DNA of 64,000 bases from Clostridia bacterium (GTDB lineage: Bacteria; Bacillota; Clostridia; JAAYHZ01): assembly GCA_050950825.1 (NCBI GenBank), contig JBMNIH010000011.1, positions 79,163 to 143,162 on the forward strand, in the 5' to 3' direction. This document shows positions 52,533-63,008 of this stretch, one piece after another; position 1 is the first letter of the stretch; each line of letters starts with the position of its first letter. The notes under the pieces are model-generated. The model made no database searches and was not told the DNA's origin. It was given only the letters and a program-made list of their open reading frames with translations. The position numbers were made by a program, and so were the translations under genes.

Positions 52533-53456
52533 CTAATCCACCTCCAAAAACAAAGGCTTACCGTAGCGATAAACGGGATGATTTCCTCCCGAAGAAACAT
52601 CGTAAATATCGCCTTCAAATTGAACGGAAAAACAGCTTCCCGAGCGGAATAAATACATGTCTTTTTTCTTAACAAAGCTTTCCGCATAGTTTTGAGACTG
52701 TACAAAACCGCTTCTTTTGCCGACGAGATAATAAGCGTTTTGCATTGCCGACTCCAATTCATTCTCTTTCGGTAAACAAAAGGATAAGGTCATGTAGGTT
52801 TTTGCGTTTTTGCTTTTTAAACGCTTTTCCATCGTAAAAGGTACATTCGCTTTTTCCGTTTCAAATTTACCGTAGCCGGATGAAATTTTGCCTCCCACCC
52901 CGGTAAAGGACAACCCTTGCAGGAGCCGTTCAAAAAGTGCAATCGTTTTTTCTTTTTTATATCCTACGCAAAAATAGATACCGTTTCCTCGTTTAAATCG
53001 ATAAATACCTATTTGGTAGGGTTCGGTCTCCGTGTATGTTTTAATCGAATTTTTTTCATGGGTTTCAAAAACTCCTAATCCGCTTAACGTTTTCTCTTCG
53101 TCGTCCGCCTTAAGGTCTCCCGCCATATATTCGTCCAGTTTATCAACGGGAATATACTTTAACTTTTTAAAAGCTTTCTTGAACTTCGGACTGCTTGTCT
53201 TTTCGGCAAGTACGGGCTTTAAAGGTTTCGGAATATAAATGCGGCTTTCAATAAAAGGCAAACCGTCGGAAAAAACAAGCTCTTTGCTTCTTACGGCATT
53301 GACCCATTCCTTTATATCCAAACCTTGCTTTACCGTTTCATGACACAATGCGGAAAAGAAGGTATCGGAGGGTAATGTATATTCGCTGCCGGATAAACCG
53401 CCGTCTCCTATATGTACTCCGGTTTTAAAATGCAGTTTGTACAGAATGAATTCCAT
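52533..53456 (-). CDS. csm4: Type III-A RAMP protein Csm4
   Basis: VHIG, SDTFFSAL, GVGGKISSGYGKF, HPVYRYGKP. Confidence 0.92.
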   Translation of the reverse strand: MEFILYKLHFKTGVHIGDGGLSGSEYTLPSDTFFSALCHETVKQGLDIKEWVNAVRSKELVFSDGLPFIESRIYIPKPLKPVLAEKTSSPKFKKAFKKLKYIPVDKLDEYMAGDLKADDEEKTLSGLGVFETHEKNSIKTYTETEPYQIGIYRFKRGNGIYFCVGYKKEKTIALFERLLQGLSFTGVGGKISSGYGKFETEKANVPFTMEKRLKSKNAKTYMTLSFCLPKENELESAMQNAYYLVGKRSGFVQSQNYAESFVKKKDMYLFRSGSCFSVQFEGDIYDVSSGGNHPVYRYGKPLFLEVD

Positions 53457-53458
53457 TA

Positions 53459-54133
53459 TTACACACCCTTGAGCACTTTCTTGCAATCCTCAACGATCGC
53501 CGGATTGACCTCGCCCATGACCAAGTTAATATCCAAATTTTCAAATTGAATTTTTCCGTAGCCTCTCGATCCGTGCCCGCCTATATAGTCGAATTCCAAT
53601 AATTTTAACCCTTCCTTTACCAAATGAATGTCTTCCAAGATTTCCTCTTCGTTTTCCGCCTCGTAAATAATATGTAGATCAAAAGAACTGCCCCGAATAA
53701 CGCGCTCGATTTGCCTCGGATTCGCTTCGGCTTTCATTCGGTGGATGCTGTTTTCAATTTTTATTTCGGTAGGCGACAACGCTCCTCTTCTTCGAAGCTC
53801 CTCGGCATTATTAAGAATCGTATCGGAAAAAAGAAGTCTGCTTTTTCTTATTTCACCTTTTTTAGAGGATCCGAAAAGCCGCAGTATGAGGACGTGATCG
53901 TCGTTATGGTTGTAATCGTCGTAATCGTCATCCGGGTATTCATTTAACTTTCTCGCCAATAAATATCTCATTTTTCCCTTCAAACTGCTGCCCGGAATGA
54001 TGGGTAAACCTGTCAACGCATCTCTTATAACGGGAGCATCAACGGAACCGATGGCGGAAAACTGCGTGGCTCCGCCTATATGCATTCCGGTGATTACGTT
54101 GATGACACCCGTTATTTCAAACTTGGCATACAT
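53459..54133 (-). CDS. csm3: Type III-A RAMP protein Csm3
   Basis: TGMHIGG, AIGSVDAPV (catalytic Asp retained), IPGSSLKGK, GGHGSRGYG. Confidence 0.95.
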   Translation of the reverse strand: MYAKFEITGVINVITGMHIGGATQFSAIGSVDAPVIRDALTGLPIIPGSSLKGKMRYLLARKLNEYPDDDYDDYNHNDDHVLILRLFGSSKKGEIRKSRLLFSDTILNNAEELRRRGALSPTEIKIENSIHRMKAEANPRQIERVIRGSSFDLHIIYEAENEEEILEDIHLVKEGLKLLEFDYIGGHGSRGYGKIQFENLDINLVMGEVNPAIVEDCKKVLKGV

Positions 54134-54150
54134 TGTGTTTTCATCCTCCT

Positions 54151-54558
54151 TTAATCTCTGCCGCCGTAGAATTTATGGTATGCTACCAAAGCCTCCATGT
54201 ACCTGCAAAAGATCAAAAGCTGAGACCGACTCGTCTGTATCTCATCGATATGCTTGAATATTTCCGCTTTTTCTACGAACTTCCGAACCGCTTGCGTGTT
54301 ATCTCGACCCGCTTCATAGGCAAAACGCATCTTGAGGTATTGGATACGGCCTAGAATATCGTTATCCAGCTTTTCATCCAATCTCATGGACACCGTGTTG
54401 TAAATATCCGTGATCATCGACAGCAGGTTTCGTATTTTCGATGTGGTAAGCATGAGTTTATAACCGTCCCCGTTTTTCTCAGGAACCCGCAAAGATTGAA
54501 TGACTTCCTCCGCTTTAGGGACATAATTCAGTTCATTTAATTCCGCCAAAAAACTCAT
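54151..54558 (-). CDS. csm2: Type III-A small subunit Csm2
   Basis: LTTSKIRNLL, AYEAGR, YMEALVAYHKF. Confidence 0.93.
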   Translation of the reverse strand: MSFLAELNELNYVPKAEEVIQSLRVPEKNGDGYKLMLTTSKIRNLLSMITDIYNTVSMRLDEKLDNDILGRIQYLKMRFAYEAGRDNTQAVRKFVEKAEIFKHIDEIQTSRSQLLIFCRYMEALVAYHKFYGGRD

Positions 54559-56867
54559 CTCCTCTCCCTTGTGATGTAATCGTACAGATGGATGGCGCAC
54601 ACAAGCTCTTTAGAGTCTTTATCCGACTGCATCCATTCAACCATTTTCTTAGAAAATTCACGATATAAAGCTTTTTTCGATTCGCTTTCTTTTTCACCGG
54701 GTGCCATACGGGCTAAAAGGTGTGCGTACCTTGCCAGATTGATACGGTCGTCTCGATTCTGAATCAAAATCAACAGATTATGCAAAAAGCTTCTGCCTCT
54801 GCCGCTTGAACCTCCGAAAAACCGTTTTAAGATACTGTATTTTTCTTCCAAAACATGATGGATAAAATCATGCTGCGAAAAAACGAATTCGTCGGTAAAC
54901 AGCGCAATCGAGTTTTTGCCGGGATTCGATTTTGCTCTGCTTTCCAGTTCGCCGGTTTGCTTTGCTATCGCGGCTATCGGATATTTATACGGATAAATCC
55001 CTATCCCTGCCGATAAGGTTAACGTTCCTTGGCTATATCGGTTAAAACTGCGGTACAAATCCACGGTGAACCCGATGATGTCATCCCAAGACCCGACTAT
55101 AAAAATGTCGTCTCCTCCGGAATACACAATCGTTGCATTTCGAGGCCTTATATCTTGATTCTTACCGATACGGTATTCGCCGTGTTCCAAAAGATAATTA
55201 ATATGCAGTTTAAAGAATTCGGATAATTTTCTTGAGAAGGAAGCGGTTCGGGACAGGGTTACATAATCATCTTGGTTCCGTTCGCTTTCAAATCCCGAAA
55301 CAAATGCTTGTCCCAAATCGTCTACATCCGCTCTTAATACGGCAATGCGCTCGATTCCTTCCGCCGCCCGGGCCAATTCATCAAAAATTTTTTCATCGGT
55401 ATAATCTCCGACCCATAATCGGGTAGTAACATAATGACCGTGATACAAATTGTTTTTACCGTAACTTCGAACATAGGTCAAATCCCTCGCCATTCGGCGA
55501 TTCAATGTATCCACCGTATCCGCAACCAAATAGCGGTCCCCCGGCAAAGGCAAGGATACACCCTCCGGTTTTTCCGATACCACACTGAAAAAGGAATCTC
55601 GCAATATATTTGTCGATATTTTTTCCAATGCATCGCATATGCCGCATCGGTTGCTTGAAATTAAAAAATCCGTTCGTTTACAAACAACGCATTCTCTGTC
55701 ATAGCGTTCCGTATTTCCTTGATTCAATTCCAAAATTTCGTTTGCACCGTACCGATGCAATTTTTTAGCCGACACCTTTGACGATGCGGTCCTAAAAATA
55801 TTTCCGTAACTTCCTTTCGGTATATTCCGTAAATCACGGACACAAAATTCGCTGTATCCGCAAGCAACATATAAAGAAGTTTTGTAAGTCTTTAAAAACC
55901 ATCGGTTTGTTTCTTTTTCGAACCTTTCGATTTTTTCAATGACATCTCGTGTGTTCGGCAGCAGCAAATAGGCGTGACCTCCGCCGGAATACATAAGGTT
56001 AACCCGTGTTAATCCTATAGACTCCAAGAGTTCATCGATCAAGTGCTCGACCATGATTTCCAGATAAAAGGATCTTGCACGAAGCGTCTTCAATGCTCTT
56101 TCGCTGCTTACGGTGTAAATGAAATCTTGAATGCCCGATACATCCATTTCAAATAGAAGAAATGCTTTTTCCGAATAGAAGGTTTCTTTATTCGTCTTCA
56201 ACCTCGTTTTATAATCTCTACAGCCTAGGCTTTCTAAATAACGGAGTATGCAGACACCTATACAAGCCGTCATCTTTAAGTGGTCATACAAAGAGATGTC
56301 GGCGATTTCTCCTTCGCCTTGCAAAGATGAAACGTATGAAAGGTTGTTATGCAGTGTATCCAGCAGTAAATGAACGAAGTCTCGAGTAAAAGAAACATTC
56401 AAAAGACATTTTTCCATATTCTTTGCAATATCGTCATACGCCTTTTGGTCAACCGTTGGAGAATCGGGAACAGGATAATTGATATCCCGTTCTTTTGTGT
56501 ATGTTTTCACGGAATAAAAGTATTTTTGTCGGTTTCCGTTTAATATATTAAAAATGCTTTCCAAGGGTCTGATACTCGAATCCCCTTGATTTTGATTCTC
56601 CTGTTGAAGCTTCGTTTTTCTGTTCACAATATCATTGGCCGTCTCCGTGATGTATACGAGAGAGGATTCATTGTTCGAGTGATAGAATAGATCCGTATTA
56701 TGATGATAAAGGACTTGATCCAAAAGGTCCTTATCGGTTATGCCTACCTTTTGCAGCAGATCGTATCCTCTTTTACAGTGATCTTCATCGTTAAGTTGGG
56801 AACCTGGTATTTTCCCGAGATCATGCAATAAGCATCCAAGCACTATCTTGAACATATTCTCATTCAT
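54555..56867 (-). CDS. cas10: Cas10/Csm1
   Basis: LLHDLGK, ISLYDH, DVSGIQDFIY, LRARSFYL, DVDDLG, YSGGDD. Confidence 0.95.
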   Translation of the reverse strand: MNENMFKIVLGCLLHDLGKIPGSQLNDEDHCKRGYDLLQKVGITDKDLLDQVLYHHNTDLFYHSNNESSLVYITETANDIVNRKTKLQQENQNQGDSSIRPLESIFNILNGNRQKYFYSVKTYTKERDINYPVPDSPTVDQKAYDDIAKNMEKCLLNVSFTRDFVHLLLDTLHNNLSYVSSLQGEGEIADISLYDHLKMTACIGVCILRYLESLGCRDYKTRLKTNKETFYSEKAFLLFEMDVSGIQDFIYTVSSERALKTLRARSFYLEIMVEHLIDELLESIGLTRVNLMYSGGGHAYLLLPNTRDVIEKIERFEKETNRWFLKTYKTSLYVACGYSEFCVRDLRNIPKGSYGNIFRTASSKVSAKKLHRYGANEILELNQGNTERYDRECVVCKRTDFLISSNRCGICDALEKISTNILRDSFFSVVSEKPEGVSLPLPGDRYLVADTVDTLNRRMARDLTYVRSYGKNNLYHGHYVTTRLWVGDYTDEKIFDELARAAEGIERIAVLRADVDDLGQAFVSGFESERNQDDYVTLSRTASFSRKLSEFFKLHINYLLEHGEYRIGKNQDIRPRNATIVYSGGDDIFIVGSWDDIIGFTVDLYRSFNRYSQGTLTLSAGIGIYPYKYPIAAIAKQTGELESRAKSNPGKNSIALFTDEFVFSQHDFIHHVLEEKYSILKRFFGGSSGRGRSFLHNLLILIQNRDDRINLARYAHLLARMAPGEKESESKKALYREFSKKMVEWMQSDKDSKELVCAIHLYDYITRERR

Positions 56868-57624
56868 TTGTTTCAAGTCCCCCTTTTTTAATAATACGGA
56901 TTCCTCCCATTCCCAAGGCACATTTAATACCTACTCCGGAATATTCGCCGAACGCAAGCATGAAGTGAACCAAGTTTACCAACGGTTGGGGACCGTGAAC
57001 TTTTATTCCGATTCTTCCGACAAAAGAAGGTATGCGAACTCCTTCCAAGTGAAAATGAGTACTTCTTAAATTGTATCCGACGATTTCCGAATATGTTTCC
57101 AGCTGTTCCAAGACTTCATCGCTTTTTATCGAAAAATCTACAGCATTCGAATCGAACTTATTCATCAAACTTTGGTAGATTAATTTCAAAGTTGGCATTA
57201 GCACATATTTTCCCCGGCTTTTAAATGCACAGGGCGTAAGAAAACGAATATTAAAAAATTGTCCGCTGTCTTTAAAATACGTTTCATCAATCAATTGTTG
57301 ATAGGTAACTTCCGTCAACTGTTTATCGGAAATATTTAAATACCGATCTTTGTGTTTTAAATAAACTCGATCGAATTTCTCATCCAGAAGCGGACATAGA
57401 ATATTATTTTTGGAATCTTCCGACAAAGTTTGAATATGCCAATATATACAGTTCCCCTTACATTCTATGTATTGGCTGTACGGTTTCCATCCTGCTTGAT
57501 GTAGGCTTTCGGCATAATAGGAATCAATATATTCCATTAATACACCATGCAGTAACGAAGAGATGTTTACATCAAATGATTGTTCCTCTTTTGTCTCTAG
57601 TATAATCGTTAATCTTGATAGCAT
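56860..57624 (-). CDS. cas6: CRISPR endoribonuclease Cas6
   Basis: LHGVLME, FLTPCAFK, GEYSGVGIKCALGMG G-rich loop. Confidence 0.93.
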   Translation of the reverse strand: MLSRLTIILETKEEQSFDVNISSLLHGVLMEYIDSYYAESLHQAGWKPYSQYIECKGNCIYWHIQTLSEDSKNNILCPLLDEKFDRVYLKHKDRYLNISDKQLTEVTYQQLIDETYFKDSGQFFNIRFLTPCAFKSRGKYVLMPTLKLIYQSLMNKFDSNAVDFSIKSDEVLEQLETYSEIVGYNLRSTHFHLEGVRIPSFVGRIGIKVHGPQPLVNLVHFMLAFGEYSGVGIKCALGMGGIRIIKKGGLETNE

Positions 57625-57726
57625 GAAACACCCACCGCAAATAATGAAGAAAAGGAAAATGCACCCTCGAATGAATAGACTAACACAATAATATGGCTAA
57701 GTCAATTAAAACAACCTAATTCTATT

Positions 57727-58088
57727 CTTCCCATTCCCTTGCAGGTATTAGATTCAACCGGAACTCATTTCCAATTCGTTCAGAGCGGATTTTCCCGTCC
57801 CCTCACGGGGGTTAGTTGTAACTGCAACAATCCGTAATGGCGTAGTATTTTCGTCCCCTCACGGGGGTTAGTTGTAACAGAAACGACGACCTATACCTGA
57901 CCATTTTCGTCCCCTCACGGGGGTTAGTTGTAACATTAAGGACTCGCCGATAACGCAGAGAACGTTAATTGACTAAGTGACATTTTCGTCCCCTCACGGG
58001 GGTTAGTTGTAACATCAGCATGTATAATGTCTATTATGTCACGAATGACATGCAATATTTTCGTCCCCTCACGGGGGTTAGTTGTAAC
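57727..58088 (-). CRISPR. CRISPR array: five 32-nt repeats (GTTACAACTAACCCCCGTGAGGGGACGAAAAT on minus) plus one degenerate terminal repeat
   Basis: Repeats at 57791 (variant), 57847, 57903, 57982, 58057; degenerate copy (21/32 vs the 57791 repeat) at 57727-57758; spacers 32, 24, 24, 47, 43 nt. Confidence 0.95.
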
Positions 58089-58300
58089 GGCAACTTTATG
58101 CAACACAGTGTTTTCAAAGGTTTCAACATGGCTTTGTGCGAGTGTCATTTTTTTATGTTTAGTTAGGTTCATAAAAAAGTTAAAAAGTAGCCGAAGCCTG
58201 CTTGCAGAGCCAAGTGCGAATCTCCCAGGATTTTAATGTACACTTGAGGTTCGCACTAAATAATACAGCTTATGTCAACTACTATTGTTAGAATACCATA
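58089..58300 (-). promoter_or_regulatory. CRISPR leader
   Basis: AT-rich, next to the intact end of the array, with inverted repeat GTGCGAATCTC (58214-24) / GAGGTTCGCAC (58246-56). Confidence 0.65.
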
Positions 58301-58360
58301 GTTAATACATTTCTTCCATAGGATTCATAATTAAATATTCAAGCTCTATATTATAAAAAG

Positions 58361-58390
58361 AAATCCCGCTATATCGGTTATAGCGGGATT
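58361..58390 (-). terminator. Intrinsic terminator after the solute-binding protein gene
   Basis: AATCCCGCTATA...TATAGCGGGATT with T-tract on minus. Confidence 0.75.
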
Positions 58391-58417
58391 ATTTTGAAAA
58401 AGGTTTTTGTAATGTTT

Positions 58418-60256
58418 TTACGGTAATTTTCCGAAGTTTTCATAAGTCGGTATTGCAGGATCGTTCCATATCTTTACCCATTCTTCCAGACCGGCTGCAT
58501 AGATTTGCTCGATATATTGTTCCCATTCCGTATGGATATTGGCTATCTGGCCATTGAATACCTTATTCACAAAATCATTGTGTACCGTGTTGATCTGAGG
58601 CAATGTTTCATCCCTTAGTTCTCTGAACTCCTTATAGAGTTCCGGTGTCATGGTAAATTCGGAATAGTATTTATCCGGTCGAATCCACAAATTATCGCTA
58701 TGATAACCTCCCGGAAAATATTCATCGTAGTAATCTATAATTTGGTTCGTGAATGCATCGTAGTTAAAATACATTTTATTATCACTGATAAAATTGACAT
58801 TACCGAATTGACCGAAAATATTGGTCCCTTTTCCTGCATATTTCGGAGGAATCTTCTCAGGATCCGTCAAGATGATGGAACTCTTGAAGGGTTCACCGTC
58901 CCATACGTAATGGACGCCTTCGATTCCCAGCTTATAACGAAGCCAGTCTTCACCGAAGTAAGCATATTCTAATAATTGCATGAGTCTTATCAGTTTTGCA
59001 TCCGATACATTAATGCCTACAGGATAAGTTGTACTTGAGTTCCAGTCAAAGGTCCAATAGGGGCGGAATTTTCCTGAACCCGGTACCGGCGTAACCACAA
59101 AGGTAGCTGTAGGTTCCGTTTCCAGTATGGATAAAGGCGGACGGTTTACCGCTTGTTGGTTATATCCTAAGATGGACGATCCTAACAATGCATTCATAAA
59201 CCCGGTTTTTCCGGTTTTCCAAATAGCAATTAACTCGCTGTAGTAGTCATCTATCCCGGGAACCCATCTCATATATCCTTTATTAAGCATTTCCATCAAA
59301 TAATCCAAGCTGTCTTTATACGGCGTATAGGCATAATAGATAACATAGTCTCCCGTCACCGGATCTTTATAAAAATGATTTGCGTCCTTGTCAAACCCGA
59401 ACATTCCGTAAGTACTGTAGACGTCATACCACGTATTTGTGAAGGCCGTTCCATATGTATCGTCAATGCCGTTGCCGTCCGGATCGTCTTCCGTAAAGGC
59501 TCTGTAAATTTCTTTTACATCATCTACGGTGAACTGTGTTGTCGAGTAATAGACCGTTTCACTGTATTCCGGGAAAGCCGTTGACACCATAGGTACCAGG
59601 TTTTCCATTTCATATCCTATATTCTCCAGCCAATCCAGTCTCCACATGGGTATATGATAAGTATGTGTAGTTAAGCAAGTAAAGGCGGTAAAACCGTAAT
59701 ACTCTCCTTCCTTATCCGGTACCTTGTTGAATTGCAATCCGACAGGGTCTTCCATGAGTTTTTTGTAATAGCTCGGATAATACTCCTTCATCATGTTGAG
59801 TGGAATGGTTCTACCCAACCCTTGCTCATACAAATACTGTCCGCTTGTATAGTAGAACCCGTAATCAGGAACATCTCCCGCCGCTAACATCATTTGGACT
59901 TGTTCCATGTTACTCGAGTCCACCATGATGTTCCACATTTTCAAGTCCACGTTGAATTTTTCTTCCAGCTCCAGTTCGTCCCAACGTCCTTCCTCGTAAA
60001 GATGGGAAGAATAGGTTCCTACCAACCAAGTGATTTCCATCTTTTCTGCAAAAGGATTCTCATCAACTTTGACCGCTGTTGTGGTTTCTTCTTTTTTGGT
60101 TTGTACGGTCGTTGTTATCGCTTTCGTGGTTGTCGTGGTTTGTTGGACGCTTGTTGTTGTTTCCGTCCCTTGTACATCACCTTCCGTTTTAGCACATGCA
60201 GCCATACCAAGGATAAGAACAATCACCATTACCAAAACCGATACTCTTTTCAGCAT
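58418..60256 (-). CDS. ABC transporter solute-binding lipoprotein, paralogue of 19527-21353
   Basis: Lipobox MAAC, MLAAGDVPDYGFYY, DDPDGNGIDDTYG, WEQYIEQIYAAGL. Confidence 0.88.
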   Translation of the reverse strand: MLKRVSVLVMVIVLILGMAACAKTEGDVQGTETTTSVQQTTTTTKAITTTVQTKKEETTTAVKVDENPFAEKMEITWLVGTYSSHLYEEGRWDELELEEKFNVDLKMWNIMVDSSNMEQVQMMLAAGDVPDYGFYYTSGQYLYEQGLGRTIPLNMMKEYYPSYYKKLMEDPVGLQFNKVPDKEGEYYGFTAFTCLTTHTYHIPMWRLDWLENIGYEMENLVPMVSTAFPEYSETVYYSTTQFTVDDVKEIYRAFTEDDPDGNGIDDTYGTAFTNTWYDVYSTYGMFGFDKDANHFYKDPVTGDYVIYYAYTPYKDSLDYLMEMLNKGYMRWVPGIDDYYSELIAIWKTGKTGFMNALLGSSILGYNQQAVNRPPLSILETEPTATFVVTPVPGSGKFRPYWTFDWNSSTTYPVGINVSDAKLIRLMQLLEYAYFGEDWLRYKLGIEGVHYVWDGEPFKSSIILTDPEKIPPKYAGKGTNIFGQFGNVNFISDNKMYFNYDAFTNQIIDYYDEYFPGGYHSDNLWIRPDKYYSEFTMTPELYKEFRELRDETLPQINTVHNDFVNKVFNGQIANIHTEWEQYIEQIYAAGLEEWVKIWNDPAIPTYENFGKLP

Positions 60257-60297
60257 TTTTTCTCCCCCCATTTTCAGTTTTTGAGATATTGCTTTTA

Positions 60298-61896
60298 TTA
60301 TTCAAAAAACAATTTCACATCCATGTCGGTTACAATCAAATCGTTCTTCCCGTTTTCCAAGCTCATCGTGATCCGATTGTTCCCTAAAATCCACGGGTCC
60401 GAGGGTACATCGATTTCATGCATCCCCTTCTTCCACCAATCCTTGCTGAAATACGTCTGTTCTTTTACGGCTTCTTTCGTAATTTCAATCGGTAAGTCCT
60501 TTCCTTTAAAATGTTCCGCTGTCAAGCTCCAAGGCGAATTGTCGTTGACTTGAATGTTTAGCTTTTCTCCTTCTTCCAAGCCTCTGCAGAACAATACCAA
60601 GACAACACGTAATTGCGTTTTTTCTTTCATTAATTCTTGGATGTCATCGGCTATTCTCACATTAACTACCCCGGTAATCTTTTGATCCTTGGATAAAACA
60701 AGAGGAAGCTGTCCTTTTCGGTTGAATACATAATCCTTGTTCTTTTTCACCAGTATATCCGGACTTCCTGCATCACTGTATATGGGTTTCCATGCGTCGG
60801 TTTTCTTTTTCCAGTTGTCCGTCTCAGGATCGCAATCACCGGACCCCGTAGCCAATTGGATACCGTCAACACCGGCTCTTAATAACAGGAATGCTTTTGC
60901 ATAGAACATTTCGTCCGTCATGTCTCTGTCGTATCGAACCACACCGGTTTTATCGTCTTCCGGCCGAGAATCGGAATCGATGTATCCCAAATAGGGGCGA
61001 ATACAACCAAAGACTTTACAGCCGGTTCCTCTAGTGTATTGAATAAATTGTTCTATCGGTACATCGAATATATCTCTTAGGCGGACAACGGTCGGAACAA
61101 TCACATCAATTAAACCTTGATCGACCCAAGTCTTCCAGTCCAACCCGATATCTTCGTAATTGATCGGCACTCGCACGATCAAAGCGATTTTCCTGTTTTC
61201 TTTGTTACCGATCTCTTTGGTCATTTCTCGAACCTTGGCAACAAATTCCGTCATAACGGGATAGTCTTCCTTCGGATTCTTCACGAAGGGAGGATACACC
61301 GCAAAGTCCATGGATATTCCGTCGACCCCCTTTAGAGCCGCTTCTCGTAAGATAGCCAGTTTAAAATCTCTTACGGCTTGAATGGAAAAGTCTAAATTCA
61401 CGCTGTTCGGTAATCGGTATTCCGGATGCTTTTTGTTAAACTCACCGACAAGACCGACCCACAACCAATTGTTTTCATCCGGAGGAGGATACTCGTGGTT
61501 CATTTCCAAACGAGCCCAGATCTTAAGACCTAACTCATGACAACGATTGACCGCCACTTCCAACGGATCATGACCTTTTTCGATCATTTCTTTGACGCTT
61601 CGGTGTACGCGTCGGTCTCCTTCCCGTAGCATATCCAATTGCTTTTGGGTCAATCGACTGCCGAAGGTTTCTCCTACCTTTGTATCAAAAGTGAATACGC
61701 TTCCCGGACCTAACCCCCATTCTTTTATGGATACCTTGGTATCGGCCAGAAAATCAATACAGCGTTTTTCAAGCACCTCTTTTGTCATACGCTCTACCAC
61801 AAAGAACTGGGTAAATCCGTCATCTCTTAATACGACGGGAACCTCTTTTAGGGGACCCTTTATCCAAGATTCCGGAACTTTATCTTCGAAGCTCAT
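60298..61896 (-). CDS. Glycoside hydrolase-like TIM-barrel protein (GHL10-like)
   Basis: DPLEVAVNRCHELGLKIWA, KHPEY, LDFSIQAVRD, VDGISMDF, DWKTWVDQGLID. Confidence 0.7.
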   Translation of the reverse strand: MSFEDKVPESWIKGPLKEVPVVLRDDGFTQFFVVERMTKEVLEKRCIDFLADTKVSIKEWGLGPGSVFTFDTKVGETFGSRLTQKQLDMLREGDRRVHRSVKEMIEKGHDPLEVAVNRCHELGLKIWARLEMNHEYPPPDENNWLWVGLVGEFNKKHPEYRLPNSVNLDFSIQAVRDFKLAILREAALKGVDGISMDFAVYPPFVKNPKEDYPVMTEFVAKVREMTKEIGNKENRKIALIVRVPINYEDIGLDWKTWVDQGLIDVIVPTVVRLRDIFDVPIEQFIQYTRGTGCKVFGCIRPYLGYIDSDSRPEDDKTGVVRYDRDMTDEMFYAKAFLLLRAGVDGIQLATGSGDCDPETDNWKKKTDAWKPIYSDAGSPDILVKKNKDYVFNRKGQLPLVLSKDQKITGVVNVRIADDIQELMKEKTQLRVVLVLFCRGLEEGEKLNIQVNDNSPWSLTAEHFKGKDLPIEITKEAVKEQTYFSKDWWKKGMHEIDVPSDPWILGNNRITMSLENGKNDLIVTDMDVKLFFE

Positions 61897-61957
61897 AACC
61901 GTTTTCTCCTTTCCTTCGACTTAAAATCGTATATGCAAAGGTAGAAATCATCCGACA

Positions 61958-62785
61958 TTAAAGAAATATGAGGGTGGAAAGCTCCATATATCTTTCGTGC
62001 ACCTCTTTGATTGCTTCCTGTGCCGTATCATAGGGAACCCAATCATAACGGTATTTCTCCTTGTCCATGAGAGAATAATTACAAAAGCACTGGCATTCTT
62101 TTGGATTTAAACAAAAGTTTAAATTCCTGCGAAGTCGGTAATGATAATCCGCATATTCAACGCAGAAGGATTTCACATAATCGTCTTGATTCAAAAGGAT
62201 CTGCGGATTCCGGACAAGCCGGTCCACGGATGCGAAATATCCTTTTTCGTCTAAATAGAACAAACCGAACCGAGGATCCACATACCCCCATCGATCTTCA
62301 AAATATAGCTCCGAAGTAAAATGACCGGAGAATACATGAAAAACCGTGCGCCCGGGTATCCCTTTGATTTCGCAAAGTGCCACCATAAGTCTGGAAACGC
62401 ATTCGCAAAGCCATTCTCCTTTTTTTATCAGTTCCTCTTCCGTCCCTCCGTAAAACAAGATTTTTCTGTTGTATTTTTTGTACAGGTCTCTTATGAAGCA
62501 CATGATGGCCAGAACAATTTCTCGCCGGCTTTTGCAATCTTCCGTGATTTGTTCAACGATGTTCTCTAACTCAATGCGTGTACCGGATTTGTACTTTGTC
62601 GGTTGCGGCGGAGCGTATAGAAAGTCTCTTGTTTCATCGCATAATAGGATTTGTTCGGCCAAACGCTCATAATCCACATTCGGACCGTAGTTAAGATACA
62701 GCTGTCTGCAAGCGATCCGATAGCATTCCTTTTGATAGTCTCCTTGTAGGTGTTTAACAATGTTCATCCCGGTGAATTCATCCAT
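61958..62785 (-). CDS. Transglutaminase-like (Cys-His-Asp) domain protein
   Basis: GEWLCECVSRL...GIPGR...GHFTSE...WGYVDP. Confidence 0.82.
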   Translation of the reverse strand: MDEFTGMNIVKHLQGDYQKECYRIACRQLYLNYGPNVDYERLAEQILLCDETRDFLYAPPQPTKYKSGTRIELENIVEQITEDCKSRREIVLAIMCFIRDLYKKYNRKILFYGGTEEELIKKGEWLCECVSRLMVALCEIKGIPGRTVFHVFSGHFTSELYFEDRWGYVDPRFGLFYLDEKGYFASVDRLVRNPQILLNQDDYVKSFCVEYADYHYRLRRNLNFCLNPKECQCFCNYSLMDKEKYRYDWVPYDTAQEAIKEVHERYMELSTLIFL

Positions 62786-63008
62786 AATGAAGCTGCCCCT
62801 TGCATTTGGTTTCGGTTATTTTAAGATAGATCTACTTAATAGCATTTTATGAAAGGATGAGTTATAAAACAATTAAGCGAAAGGAACTAATATCTCAAAT
62901 GATTTCCGAATTTTAACATACATTGCGAAATATCCAAGAAGCATGTATAATGGAAGAAATAGAAGCCGTTGATGTACCGGCATGTTTCATTCATTCGGAG
63001 GTAAGCGT

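Noticed and set aside
57655-57684. Possible further degenerate CRISPR repeat before cas6
   Set aside because: Similarity is too low and the hairpin is not retained
57759-58056. Self-targeting by main-array spacers
   Set aside because: No match noticed in this window by eye; needs a real search
57936-58236. ORFs 57936-58172 (-) and 58027-58236 (+)
   Set aside because: They are read-throughs of CRISPR repeats and leader (repeated VTTNPREGTK)
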